Assembly (NCBI GenBank): GCA_037447605.1
Contig: CM074804.1
Coordinates: 5,557,909 to 5,621,908 of the forward strand
Direction: 5' to 3'
DNA from: Zygnema circumcarinatum SAG 698-1b
Taxonomy: Eukaryota; Plantae; Zygnematophyceae
DNA: 64,000 bases
Below are positions 1 through 12,300 of the stretch, piece by piece. The notes below the pieces were generated by a model, which saw only the letters and a program-made list of their open reading frames with translations, did no database searches and was not told the DNA's origin. Position 1 is the stretch's first letter. Each line of letters begins with the position of its first letter. A program made the position numbers and the translations under genes.

Positions 1-161
1 TGCCGCTCATATTGCCAGGCCATTGCAGGAGCAAGTTCTGAGACTGCAAATTTTCCTTTCTGTTTCGTTTGCTGTATCGGCCCCTAGATTGGCTCTGTCT
101 CCTCGAGGTCGGGGTAGTGATATTGGATTCGTGAATGGCATGTGAGAGTGTATTCTTGCAG

Positions 162-3100
162 CGAATACCTCCAAATGAAGACTCAGATCGAGTCCGAGCA
201 GTTTGCCTGGGACGAAACGAGCGGAAGTCGGCGCTACTTCCACGACCTGCCCAAAGACGAGCAGCAGGCCAAGCTCAAGGAGCGCTTCAAGAAGTACTGC
301 CAAAAGGTTTGATCGGCTATGGCGTTTCCTCGGGTCGCTTTCCACTCCCTTTGCTGAGAAGCTAGTGGCAGAGGTTTTTGGCATCTTATTTCGAGCCCAC
401 TGTATCTCTTTATGTGCCGAAGTCCTCTTGCTCTCTTTCTTTCACCGGAGCCCATTGTGAAATCGAGAATGCAAGTCGTTTTCAACAAGGAATGATTTTC
501 TGAGGTTTAAGTGCCATTCCCTCTCCCTCGCTCTCCCTCTCCCGCCCCCGTCTCCGGCCCTCTCCCCCCCCTCCGCTACCAGAATGAGGGTCCCTTTTAC
601 GAACACTGTTGAGTACAGGATGGCTGGTTGATAAGTTTCAGCATTACTTCACGATTGCTAAGGACAGCCTCCGGACTGATTCTCTGCAGGTGTATAAGAG
701 AGTTTTAGAGAAACCTGCAACAGAAATTCGAATTGCAGGTGTCTGCCAACGCGAAAATTCCTTCTACATTGATACAGTACGAAGGTGAGATGCAAGAAAG
801 AATGCATACGTAGTTAGACATTGACCGATATGCCGTTATAGTGTGCTATTTTCATGAACTTCAGAGATTTCACTACTTCCCTGTTTCCAATATGGAAGGG
901 GGTGAATTACCGCAGGGATTGCAGTAGGCAATGCGGCGATTTGAACACTGGATATTTATAGTTCAGTATATGTGTGGTGCAGTTTTCGAGATCGTCGATA
1001 CGAGTATAAGGGATCAAACAAGGCGTGGAAGGGGAAATTGTCTGAGGCAAAGAAAAACAAAGAACCTGAGAAGATACGGGAAGCAGAGGTAAGACTGTAA
1101 CTTGCTTTCTCTCCGCCTCGCTCCCCATCTGCATCTGCCTCACCTTCCTTGTCCCCGTCTCCCTCTTTTTCCCCATCGCCCCTCCCCTATCCATCCCCAG
1201 CTCCCTCCTCCTCCCTCCTCTTCCCCCTCCCACTCCCCCTCCCTTTGCCTGTGTCTTGCATGGGCGGCATCCCTTCGTATTGCGGAGTAATGCCGCTTCT
1301 GGTGGCGAGTGCAGGACATGGTGGTGCTGTACGACTCCCTGCAACTGGCGCACAAGTGCATCCTCAACTCCTTCTACGGCTACGTCATGCGCAAGTCAGC
1401 TCCGTCACTTTCCTTCTGCCCCACGCCATGCAGCCCATCACTGCGGTTTGAGGGGGCAATGGAGTCCAATCGGAGAGAGAGCTCAAACACTCGTTTTTTG
1501 GACTGTCTCCCGCATGCAGAGGGGCCCGTTGGTATTCCATGGAGATGGCGGGGATCACCACATACACGGGAGCCAAGCTTATCCAGAGCGCGCGCGTGCT
1601 TGTGGAGCAGGTGTGCTCGTATTGCTTTCATAGAAGTTACTGCTCAGGCCTTCCCTTGGCTACCCTTCCTCTGCTAGCAGAAGAAGGAGAGGGGTTGAAT
1701 CCATGGGCAGAGTTGTCGTCCTCCATCCCGACTGTGTTGAGAGTCAAGCCCAACTGGGGCTTCACTTTTGGAAAAAAAATGGGACCGATGCAATTTATCT
1801 TTGCCATTGCTTGACACTTAACTCGGAGTTTTTGCCAGCTTCTGGCTGAATCTGGCGGTTCCTTGTAGTACTTTTGACAAACTAGTTGCGTCCTTTACCT
1901 TGTCAACTCTCTCATTCCTTTGTTTTTTTGCCGAGTTTCTTCATTGCTCGAGTCAGGTTGGGAAACCTCTCGAGCTCGACACGGATGGCATCTGGTGCTG
2001 CCTCCCCGGCTCCTTCCCTGAAAACTTTGTTTTCAAGCCCAAGTGAGCCTTCACCCATCGCCTCACCCATGCTGTCAGCAAGCCTTGTGCATTTTTGTAG
2101 CTGCTCCTTCCCTGTATCGCAACCGACCTCTGCGATAGCTCATTCACAATTGCGAATCATGATGATGCTTGAGTAAGCACCGCTCGCTAGCCTGCTCCTT
2201 CATAACGAGCAGACTTGCAAAGGATATGCTGAACTAAATGGAGAGAGGGAGACAATACTTGGTGGCTCGGAGAGGTTGCAGAGACCCGAGTAAGAAGAAG
2301 CTCACCATCTCATACCCGTGCGTGATGCTCAATGCCGATGTGAAAAAAAATAACACCAATGATCAGTATCAGGTGCGTCCACGCTCTCTTTGACTCCCAG
2401 AGTTTCAGTTGACTCTACATCTAGCGTTGGCATAAACCAATTGGTCTCCGGATTGTTCAGTGGTCCAACTTGAAGGTGCCCAAAAGGAAAGAGATTCATC
2501 AAGTGTGACGAATTAGCTACTTCAAAACAGCTTAAAGAGAAAGAAGCCTGCGATTTGAACAGAAGCCAAACTCGGAACTTACGTCTGGTCCATACGTTTG
2601 TTATGCAGACCTTGAACGATACAAAACTGAGGACATACACCAGCAGCAGCGAATGCTCCATTGCCTTTGAAGTTGATGGCCCGTATAAGGTGCCTGCCCG
2701 CTAACTGCTATATCCCCTTTCCATTACTGCTATTGAAAATAAGCCTTTTGACGTCATTTTTCATGATTTCAGCTCCGTTAGCAATAGCGAGTAGTATAGT
2801 ACCTGTCTGTTTCTAAGACACATCCAGCATAGTCTCCTCAGGCGACTATGAGGAATTTCTTCCTATGGCTGGAGGACGACACTTTTTGCTGGCACTTTTC
2901 CCGAGTGAGGAAGTAACTTGCAGAGGAAGGGGCAAGTGCAGGCCATGATCTTGCCAGCTTCCAAGGAGGAGGGAGTGCTCATCAAAAAACGATACGCTGT
3001 CTTTAATGAAGATGGAAGCTTGGCAGAGCTCAAGGGCTTTGAGATCAAACGGCGAGGGGAGCTTAAGCTTATTAAGATCTTCCAGGTAGGAGGGCTGATG

Positions 3101-3306
3101 GAGGCAAAGGCAAAATGGAACTATTGAAATATTTGAGATATTGCGGATCTCCAGGGACACTCCCATTTCTTATTTGGCGGGTACGGATTGCATTTGGGTA
3201 GCGTAACCCAGTCTTGTTTTAGATCATAGCAGCTAGGTGCTTGCTTCATTTAGAAGCAAAAAGGGTGTTTTTTTTTTTTTTTTTTTTTTTTTTTTTNNNN
3301 NNNNNN

Positions 3307-3339
<33 letters not shown>

Positions 3340-6300
3340 GTTTAGAGGGGAGTGCCTCGAATGAGATGCAAGCCGCTTCAAGTTTAGCTTCCCATGGAGC
3401 TCTGTCACGCTGCTTGCAGTGAACGCTGGATGATGGGGGGTGAGCGCAGGCCGAAGTGTTCAAGAAGTTCCTTTGCGGGAGCACGCTCGAGGAGTGCTAT
3501 GCGGCTGTGGCGGAAGTCGGGAATCGTCTGCTGGACATGCTCGAGGTCAGGAAGCTCCTTCTCCAGCTTCCTTCTTCTCCTCACATCTGTGTGTTCGGTT
3601 ATATAGCTATAGGTCAAAGAGATAAGGGTCCAAACGGATGTGTAGAATTTTTTGGGCCAATTCGTACTGGCAAACGCCTTTGCTTTGGGAAGCAGGTATG
3701 CTGGTTAAACCTGGATGGAGACAGGTCCTTCCACCTGTCAATTAGTTTTCCAAAGTTTCCTTCCGCATGAAGGTTAGGTTAGGTTAGGTTAGGTTGGCCT
3801 GGTTTGAAGGGGAGCCCTCTGCCCGCAGAGCCGCGGGGCGGGTCTGGAGGGCGGCGAGCTGCTCGAGTACATCTCCGAGTCGAGCACCATGAGCAAGGCG
3901 CTCGAGGAATACGGGGCCCGCAAATCCTGTGCCGCCACGTGTGCGAGGAGGCTGGCGGACTTTCTGGGCGACGCCATGGTGAAGGACAAGGGCCTCTCCT
4001 GCCAGTACATTGTGGCGCGGTACCCGCAGGTAGTGGGAGGAGGGGGGGGGGGTTCTGCACGTGCAGGGTCTGGCAAGAGGAGGCTGTGGCAGGAGTTAGT
4101 GGCTGAATGGCATCAAATGGGCTGTGCGTCCTTTTGGAAGGAGTTTTGCACACTGTCCTGGCTTGGAGCAGAAGTTGAAGGATCGTGAATTGTCTCGTTG
4201 TTACGAGGCATGTTGAACTAATCATCTAATGCCTGTGCGAAGCCCTTGGATGGGCGGTGCTGCAGAGTGCTCCTGTGAGTGAGCGAGCCATTCCTGTGGC
4301 CATATTCAGCACGGAGGCAGGTTGGCACCCGCAAGAATGCCTCTCTTGTCTCGTAAAAAGCCCTAAGGATTGTTGGGCCTTTCTCAAGGAAAAAAAATGT
4401 AGAGCACAGTTAGAGAGGAGCAAGATTGCGTACACATTTTACGTTGACGCGAGCATCCTCTATTAAATGTAGTATTTTGCATATATGCTTCTTGCTGCAG
4501 ATATTAAGTCGTAGGAAACCACACATGTAACGGTTTTCCGGTGCGTGTTTCTACAGAGGTGATGCGCGCTTTCCTTCGGAGGTGGTGCAAGGAGGGCCAT
4601 GAGGTGGACGTGCGCTCCATTCTGGACTGGGACTATTACCGCGGCCGACTCAGCAGCGCAATTCAGAAGATCATTTCCATTCCTGCAGCCATGCAGAAGG
4701 TGCTTCTTCTAGCAGCTGTCTTCAATCGTTTCACCTTTGTTGCGTCGTAGGTTTGGCAAGATGAAACTCTTCAATTGGCCACTCAATCTTTCTATACTAT
4801 TGGATACCTCATCTGGACATACATCAATTAATTGGTCATGACGAGTAGGGCTGATTGCGACTGTTCGACTTCTGTTGCAGCTAGTCATTCTTGTCCACAC
4901 TTTTTCTGCTCGTTGCAGGTTAAGAATCCTGTGCCACGCGTCATCCACCCTGACTGGCTGGGTAAGGTAGTGAGGGAGCGAGAGGACAAGCATCGGCAGC
5001 GGAGCATTCTCGACTTGATGGGCGCCCACCAACCCCTCCCCCCACTCCCCGATCGACCGCCGGACAGTTTGGACATACAGGTGGATATGGAAGACATGGG
5101 CTCCGGAGGCAGGGGTCAAAAAGGGGAGGGGAAAAGGGGTGTATCTAAGGCTACTGTGAAGAGATATGCTCGTCAGGAGCAGCTGGTAGCCATTGCGGAC
5201 AGAGAAGGGAATGTCAATGTAGAGCTGTGTGACAGCATCGAGACGGAGATTGAAGGTTCAGCGTATGATGGTGCGAGGGCTGAGGGGACAAGTGAAGGGG
5301 GAGGATTGGGAACTGATGTAAACGGAGAAGAGCTGCTTAGCCTTCAAGGAGAAGACGGGGGAAGAAGCAAAAGCCCAGATAGGAGAAGCGATTATTCTGC
5401 TTGGCTTGAACACAAAAAAAGGAAATGGAAGGCTGCCAGAGACGCAACAAAGAGGCGAAGGTGGGTGCAAGATGAGAAATGAAGCATCCCTTCACGATAT
5501 CTCATATCTCTGGACCTGGAAGAATGTTGAACTGTGCAAAAGAGCGCTCGAGATTACTCCTCGCACTATCACGAGTTTTCGAGATGCCCGTTATTGGGGA
5601 GAAATTTGAAACATCGTCTGCTTCTCTTATGCTGTAACATCCCTGGATTTTTTTTCACCTCTCGATATTGCCATGCCTGTTTATTTCTCATGGAATTCCC
5701 TATGTGAACACCGCGGCAAGTGGCTTCGTGTTGGTATACAGGCTAGTGTCGGATATGGGAGAGCAGGAGACACCATTAAGGAGAGTCTCGGCGGCAAGAG
5801 AGCGGAATGTGGGAGTCAGAGGGCAGGCGCGAGTGAGGAGTTTCTTCCAAGAAAAGGAAGCAGCACTGGCTCGGTCTACTTGGCAGGTGAGCCGCAGCCG
5901 AATGAAGTGAGATGCTCTACGTGGTGGGCCGTAGCAGACTTGCTTACTTTCTGGTAACTGTTGGCAAAGAGCGACTTAGAAAAAATAGTATTGGTTTACA
6001 TGTATTCTTGATTTGAAATGCAGTATCATGAGGGAGGGAGGAGAGTTGAACAAAGATTGGTAAAGTATGTTCAAATCACAATCGATCTGAGACTTCGACT
6101 AGATCCATATCTTTGTTCAAGCTGTGCAAGTGTACTTTAATGGCATACTGCTTTTCGTATGTGTTTTCAGCTCCAAGAAATGAGAATGCAGGTCAGGTTC
6201 GTCTTCACCTTATCTGGCTTAAAAGTTGTCACCTAAGAAAATATAACATACGTATGAGGTATGTTAATTTAAGCTCAGCGTCTATGTGCGAATCCCGACA

Positions 6301-9300
6301 GATGAATCCCAAGTGTTGCTTGGTGTCTCACCTCGGGCTGCACACAAGAGGGGCCGCAGATTGTGCAGCTCTGCGAGGAGTCCTCTCCGGGCGAGTTCAC
6401 AGCATGGGTCATCGCAGGAAAGGAGATGCATAAAGTGCCGCTCCGGGTGGAGAGAAAGTTTTACGTTAACATGAAAGCGGAGGGAGAGGCTGTGGCGGGT
6501 GTGCGCGTGAACCGGACGCTGCCTCGCAGGCATCGGAGCTACTGCCTCTACCAGGTGGGCCCGCCACTCCTGCATTCGGAAATGGGCGAGAGGGGAAGGC
6601 TATGCAGGCATCAGCGGACCACGCTCTGAGCCTCTCCGGAATGGACAGCCCTTTCTTGTCGGGGAAAGCGGTTTGCACCAAAAAATCTCCCGGTACAAAT
6701 GTGGGCTGGCGAGTGGCATCGCTCGAAGGAGTGGAGCTGCATGTGCATAAACAGTTTAGCGTTGAAATGTACTGGGCTTACCGCTCATCGGAGAAAGCGA
6801 TTGAAGAATTAGGATTGCGGGTTACTGAAAAACTTCTAAGTAATCACTCGTTACAGCATTCGCAGCTGAGTCTGGCCTTCGACTATAATGCTTTTGTGCT
6901 GTGCTGTCTCCGTCATATTGGAAGTAGTATAGTTGCTTCAAAGCCATGTACGCGATTTAGGGGTCAGGGCAGGAACGATAACCTCGGCTCCTTTTCGTTC
7001 CATAGAACAGACTACGAGCGTGTCTTGATCTGTTTTAGTTCCATTGACAGTTTCTCATCCCGTCCCTTTACTTTGCCTGTTGCACCCAGCTCCTATGAAG
7101 AAAAGAGTACATCTGGATGTCAGACGGTTGGATCATATTATAAGGAGCTTAAACAGGCCTTAAGCAGGTCGAGCAGGTTCTGACAATGAAAAGCTGGAGG
7201 CCACCGCATTGTGCAGGTGACCCTCCCTGAGGCTCATTTCCGGCAAGCAGGTCGGCTAATTGCAGATCATTTGGCGGACCCAAACATTGAGGTGGGTGCT
7301 GATTGAGACGAGGGTGAACGAAACTCTCAGCGGGAATGCACTTTGTTCTGTCTTTCCTGCGCCTGCGCAAGTTATCAGTGCGGCACTTGACCTCATGGCA
7401 GCGCTCTGGCCATGGCCATGGCAATGGCAATGGCAATGGCAATGACAATGACAATGTCAATGGCAATGGCAGGGCGTGTACGAGGCCAATGTGCCGTTGG
7501 CTGCGCGTGCCGTCCTGGAAGTCGGGTGCGTGTGCACAGTGGACGAGAGGGCGCGGAAGCGGTCGCTGGCGGAGGGGTGGGCGCTGCACGAGCTGCATAT
7601 GAAAACGACGGCAGAGTGCTCGTATCTGGGGGACGACAGCCCTTCCCTGTCATTTTTCTTCCTCTACCATAGGTAGGCCATGCAGATTTTGCAGTGGGCT
7701 TGTCAATTCCCTTAAGGTGAATTTTGTTTATGGATTCTATCGAAATTCTTGTTGTACTTTTCTGGTTGCCGCGCTCCACATCATTTGAAGATTCAAATCT
7801 TGCAGTCCAGTGAAATTAAATGCTCCGTCCGGAAGCAGGCTCCAGTTCACTGTCAATGCTGACTTCCGAAAGTGCAGGTCAATATCTACCCTGCTAAAAT
7901 GGATTCCTTTTCTGAGTTTGCTTTTCTTTCCTGCCACCTACCTCCTCAAAGGTTTGTGTAGTAAAGAAAGGTCTTAAAGAAAGTGTGATTATGTAGGTGG
8001 AAATGCTAGAAGAAAACGGAAACAGTGTCATTGAATAATGGCTCTCCACTCTTCTTGCATGCTGTTCTGGCAGTGCCTCGGAACCACGAGGGCTCTACGC
8101 TCTCTATAGTCAGCGCGTTGCCTCTGTTCTTGTCCTAATCGTCAATCCCTTCAGCAATCGCGAAGTGACGGCGGGACAAATGGAACGTCAGCTGCGAGAA
8201 GCAGTCCGTGCAACAGCGGCTCTCACAGGCCTTCAGGACACTCCGGAGAATCTGAATGTCAAGGTGGGTCTGCTGCTGCCTGAGTTAAAGGAAAACATTG
8301 CTCTCAAACAGGAGACATTATGGTTTTTGCTCAAGTTTTTAGAAACATGGTCACAGCCGAAGAAGTGGTTCAATTGCTACTGTTGCAAAATGTACCAAGA
8401 ATTAAATTTTCTAGGTTTTTTTATGATGGGCAGTTGGAGTGGGCGAGCACCAATGTGGAGGCTCTGCGCCGGCTACAAGGAGCTATTGGAGAGTACGGGT
8501 AGGGCTCGCCCCCTTTCTTCGATTCCTGCAATGTTAATTCTTGATGACCGGGTTGCTTCATTCCTGTGTGGTAAGGCGAGGCTTGACTTGGCTTGAGTGA
8601 GTGCAGGCAGCAGCAGAGGGGCCCCACTGTGGCTCTTGTGGAGAGTCCAAACGGAAATGCGCTCAGGGAGGCTCTGCCTGCCCTTACAGGATTTCCATGC
8701 GTGACAGTTCCATGCAATGCACGAGATAGCCAATATCAGGTTTGCAGCTTCTGCCAATCCTTTCGCAAGTGAGGGAAGGAGGGGGGTGGTGGGAATGCCA
8801 CTATAAACGAAGAACCTGCAGATCTAGTGGCAGTAGTGTTAGAAATGCAGAAATAGTCCATGTGAAGAACAGCTCAACATTGACGACGCATGCATATACG
8901 AGCCCATCAGAGCACAGAGCACTACTAGTCGCACTCTCTCCTTCACACCTTCAGCGCTCTTGCTCTAGCTAAAACCAGGAAAACTGAGACGGGAAAGAAG
9001 GCCAGTCGCGAATGTCTGCAGCAATTCCATACAGGCAGCCCTTGCCGGCCCCCCTGCTCCGCAATGCAGGCGGGCCGGCAGGTGAGAGAATGTACCCCTC
9101 CCTGCCCCTCCTCTGACGGCGGCCATTGCCCCCCCCCCCCCGCCCCATGTTGTGGCAGGCCCTCGCGTGGCAGCCCGCGGCCGCCCGCGCGGCCCTTCAG
9201 CGCTGCGCCGCGGCGGGCGCGTGGCTGGCTGAGCGCACCGCCGCCGCGCGGTACGCGCACGTAAGAACAGCTGCATCCACTCCGGAAGGCATGGGACAGA

Positions 9301-12300
9301 GGGACAGCTTTCAACAGAATGGGTCTTGGGAGGGGTCGCGTTTCTTCGCTTGTGCTGCTTTGGGCTGTGCTTCCTTGCATGTCTGTTAGCTAGTTTTCTA
9401 TCTAGTTGTAACTCCATGTTGCCACCGTGTGGAGGCTACTCGCACGCTTCACTCGTGAATGACGTCCGCTATCGCGGTGGCAGGTGCCTCTAGGGAATTT
9501 CGAGCCAGACTGGCTACTGTACACGGCAGACGCATTCTTTGCTCGAGCTCTTCGAGACCGGCAGCAGGCATGCTTTAAGCTTTTCCTCTTATGGCCGGGA
9601 CAAAGAGTATATTCGAAAAGAAGGGATAGATTAAGGAATTACGAAGGTGGACGTGGAGAATTCAGTTGGCAATATGGGCTGTTAATTAGTGTATTTATCC
9701 TAGTCTGGCTCCACGGTTAGCTGGAGTTTGTTTTTCTGCGATGGAAAGCTGGTCTGACGGAGGTGACTTGACCTCAATTGGTGGCATCTGTCATCACTCT
9801 GTTCGCGAATATTTTTTGTAGGCCTCGTGCTGCCTTGTTGTAAGTTAGAAACCAAGTAATAGGACGCGAGGTACGAGTTGGGTGCAAGGCACAGCTTGGG
9901 CTAATACTTAATCTCCACTTTCTGTCCAGGTGCTATGGATGGCCTCTGATGGCATACCTGATCTTGGAGGCGGCTTACCGGATGAAGACTGCAGTTTTAT
10001 TGATGAGGTAGCACCCATTTCTGGACTCCAATTTAAAGAGTTTATTGAACCACTCATCAGACACAAACAAGCAACCCCTACTAAAGATGTCTTGAAAGCT
10101 AACCCCTAAAGGTATCTTGAAAGCTTTTTCTTCTAACGCTGGATATGCTCTCCGTATTGTGCGGCCTTTTCCTCCCTTTGGTCCTTAACTTTGATGGCAA
10201 AGGTGACTCTTATTGGATTGCTGCCATGGCGGGGGCGCTCATTCATTCATTCATCTGATGGAGTTTGTTGATTTTCAGGTGCAACAGCCAGAACTCATCT
10301 ACGCGGGAGCATACAACAGCATCGTTGTGGAGTTCAAAGTGAGTCAGATTTAGGCCGCTTTCAGCATCAAGCCTGTCAGTAATTATAAGGGACAAATATT
10401 CTCGTGTTCGAACTTCTTGTAGCTGACATGCGGTTGAAGGCTTTTTAAGATATGCCTGTTGAGACAGTTTAGACACGAGGCCTTTTTTGAAAGTCTGATT
10501 ATGGTTTGAGCCTTCCCTCATTCATCAAAAACGAAGTCCATTGCTACTGCCCTGACATTTCATCGAAACGATCCAAAACGTCAGTACCCAAAGTTGGTTC
10601 AAGTTATACCGTAGTTCACTCTCTATGCCAACTTCAAACCTCTGATTGACAACACCATCACAAACCAATGACAACCATAGTCTGAGATTTACAAAACTGC
10701 TGACTTCCAGCCTCTCCATGTTGTGTGCAGATAAACAACCTCGCAGTGAATGCACTCTTGAAAAGCTCAACCATCAACGAAATGGAAGGCGGTGCTCTCC
10801 TGGGCGCTGACCTTGACTTAGCCGCGGGTAACCCCGACCCGCCCCTCGGCGGCTCTGTCACTATAGACGAGAGCGCGGCGTGCGGCCCCGCCCTCCGCGT
10901 CCTCCGCCAAATGGTGCATGCATGGATGGGGGATGCAGTCGGCTCGTCCAACATGTTTGCAGAGCTGCTACTGCGCCATCTCTACCGCTGGATATGCAGG
11001 TATTGGGAGGAAAGAGGGGACTCTGAGATAGCAGTTGAACCATGGTTGGATTAGCCAAGGGGGGAAGGGGGGGGGCAGGTTGTGTTGCTGACTAGAAGTG
11101 AGGGTGGCAGGCTTGTGGGAGGGGGAGCTTGATTGTGAGATGACAGTTTCTGTGAATTGCGGGGCTGACTGCAGCCCACAATCACGACTTCACGACCCGG
11201 CCATTCACCGTGTGTTGCACAAGGTGAGTGTAGGGAGTGATGCTATCAGATATGGCATTACATGCTCGTTGCTTACGGCACATACCGGATCATCGTAGAT
11301 GTTCTCTCCAATTTGAGATTTTATTGGTATTTGCACTGTAATGTGATGAGTTGTTGACCGTCGAAAAATGTATGTTTTGCCATACACATTCAGGTGATGC
11401 GAAAGGTATTCGCAATGCTGCTAGCAGAAATGAAAAAGCTCGGGGCCACACTTGTCTATGCGGACTTCTCACGAATAGTTATTGCAACCGGGAAGCGTGA
11501 CAATGTCGCAGCGCAGGCTTTTTGCGATTATCTCCTGAAGACAATGAAGGCAAGGTAAGAGGATCGGCTTGCTCTCCCTTCTCAGCCAGAAATAGGTTCG
11601 GGTTGACTTTTGCATGCCCTGCTTGATTTGAAGCTGTACTGCCTTTGCATTCAGTTGAGCGACTATCTTTAGGAAGCAAAAACATTTCCAAAGGGTTATG
11701 GGTTTGGGTGGGCTGTGACTTGTAGGGAGCTATTTGAGTGGCTGCATCTTGAGCCACAGCGAGCATGGCAGTCTTTCCTCTTTATGGACCAGGTAGATAC
11801 GTGTGAGCGGATTCTCATGTTGTACTTGCACTCTCATGATTCAGACCTTGGGCACAGTTTAACGAAATTAAGCCATACGTCATGTCTCGTTTAAGGGCCT
11901 TTATTAGAGGCACTCTGGAAGCAATGACAATATGTGCTGCATGACGTGCAGAAAGAGTTGCCAAAAACGTATTGAACCACAGTGCTATTTTCATCTGACT
12001 TTGCTGCTATACCCGACAGAGGAGACCACCTGCTGTACTTGCTGAAATGGCTGGAGGCCTTTCAGATCTGATCCTCGTGTGGCCACGTACAGGATGGGGG
12101 CAAGAATACGAAATATAGCAACAATCTAACTTTGAGTCAGGATATTTGCCTTTCGCAGAACAATTACGGAGGGATTGTGGCCACTTTGTATGGAGATCAG
12201 AGCTCATCTGTAGAAGGAAGTGTGCAGGCCGGTCAGCCAGGTCGGGAAGGAGCCACTGAGGATGCTGTGGAAAGCAGGCCGGATGTGATATGCAGCTGGA

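Noticed and set aside
505-1250. CT-rich and GA-rich low-complexity tracts in introns (also 24540-24600, 41470-41525, 48555-48670) and the Pro/Gly-rich ORFs they create
   Set aside because: Simple intronic low-complexity sequence with no independent coding evidence.
3771-3795. (TTAGG)n as an interstitial telomere
   Set aside because: Only five units, and TTAGG is not the typical green-plant telomere repeat; treated as a microsatellite.
6602-7183. 193-aa ORF inside POLE intron 6555-7216
   Set aside because: No recognisable motif; roughly one ORF of this length is expected by chance in six frames of 64 kb; POLE homology is continuous without it.
8407-8433. Stronger-looking acceptor ttttctAG at 8413-8414
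   Set aside because: It gives GTT TTT TTA TGA (immediate stop). The acceptor at 8432-8433 keeps frame and aligns in register with the recalled plant POLE sequence.
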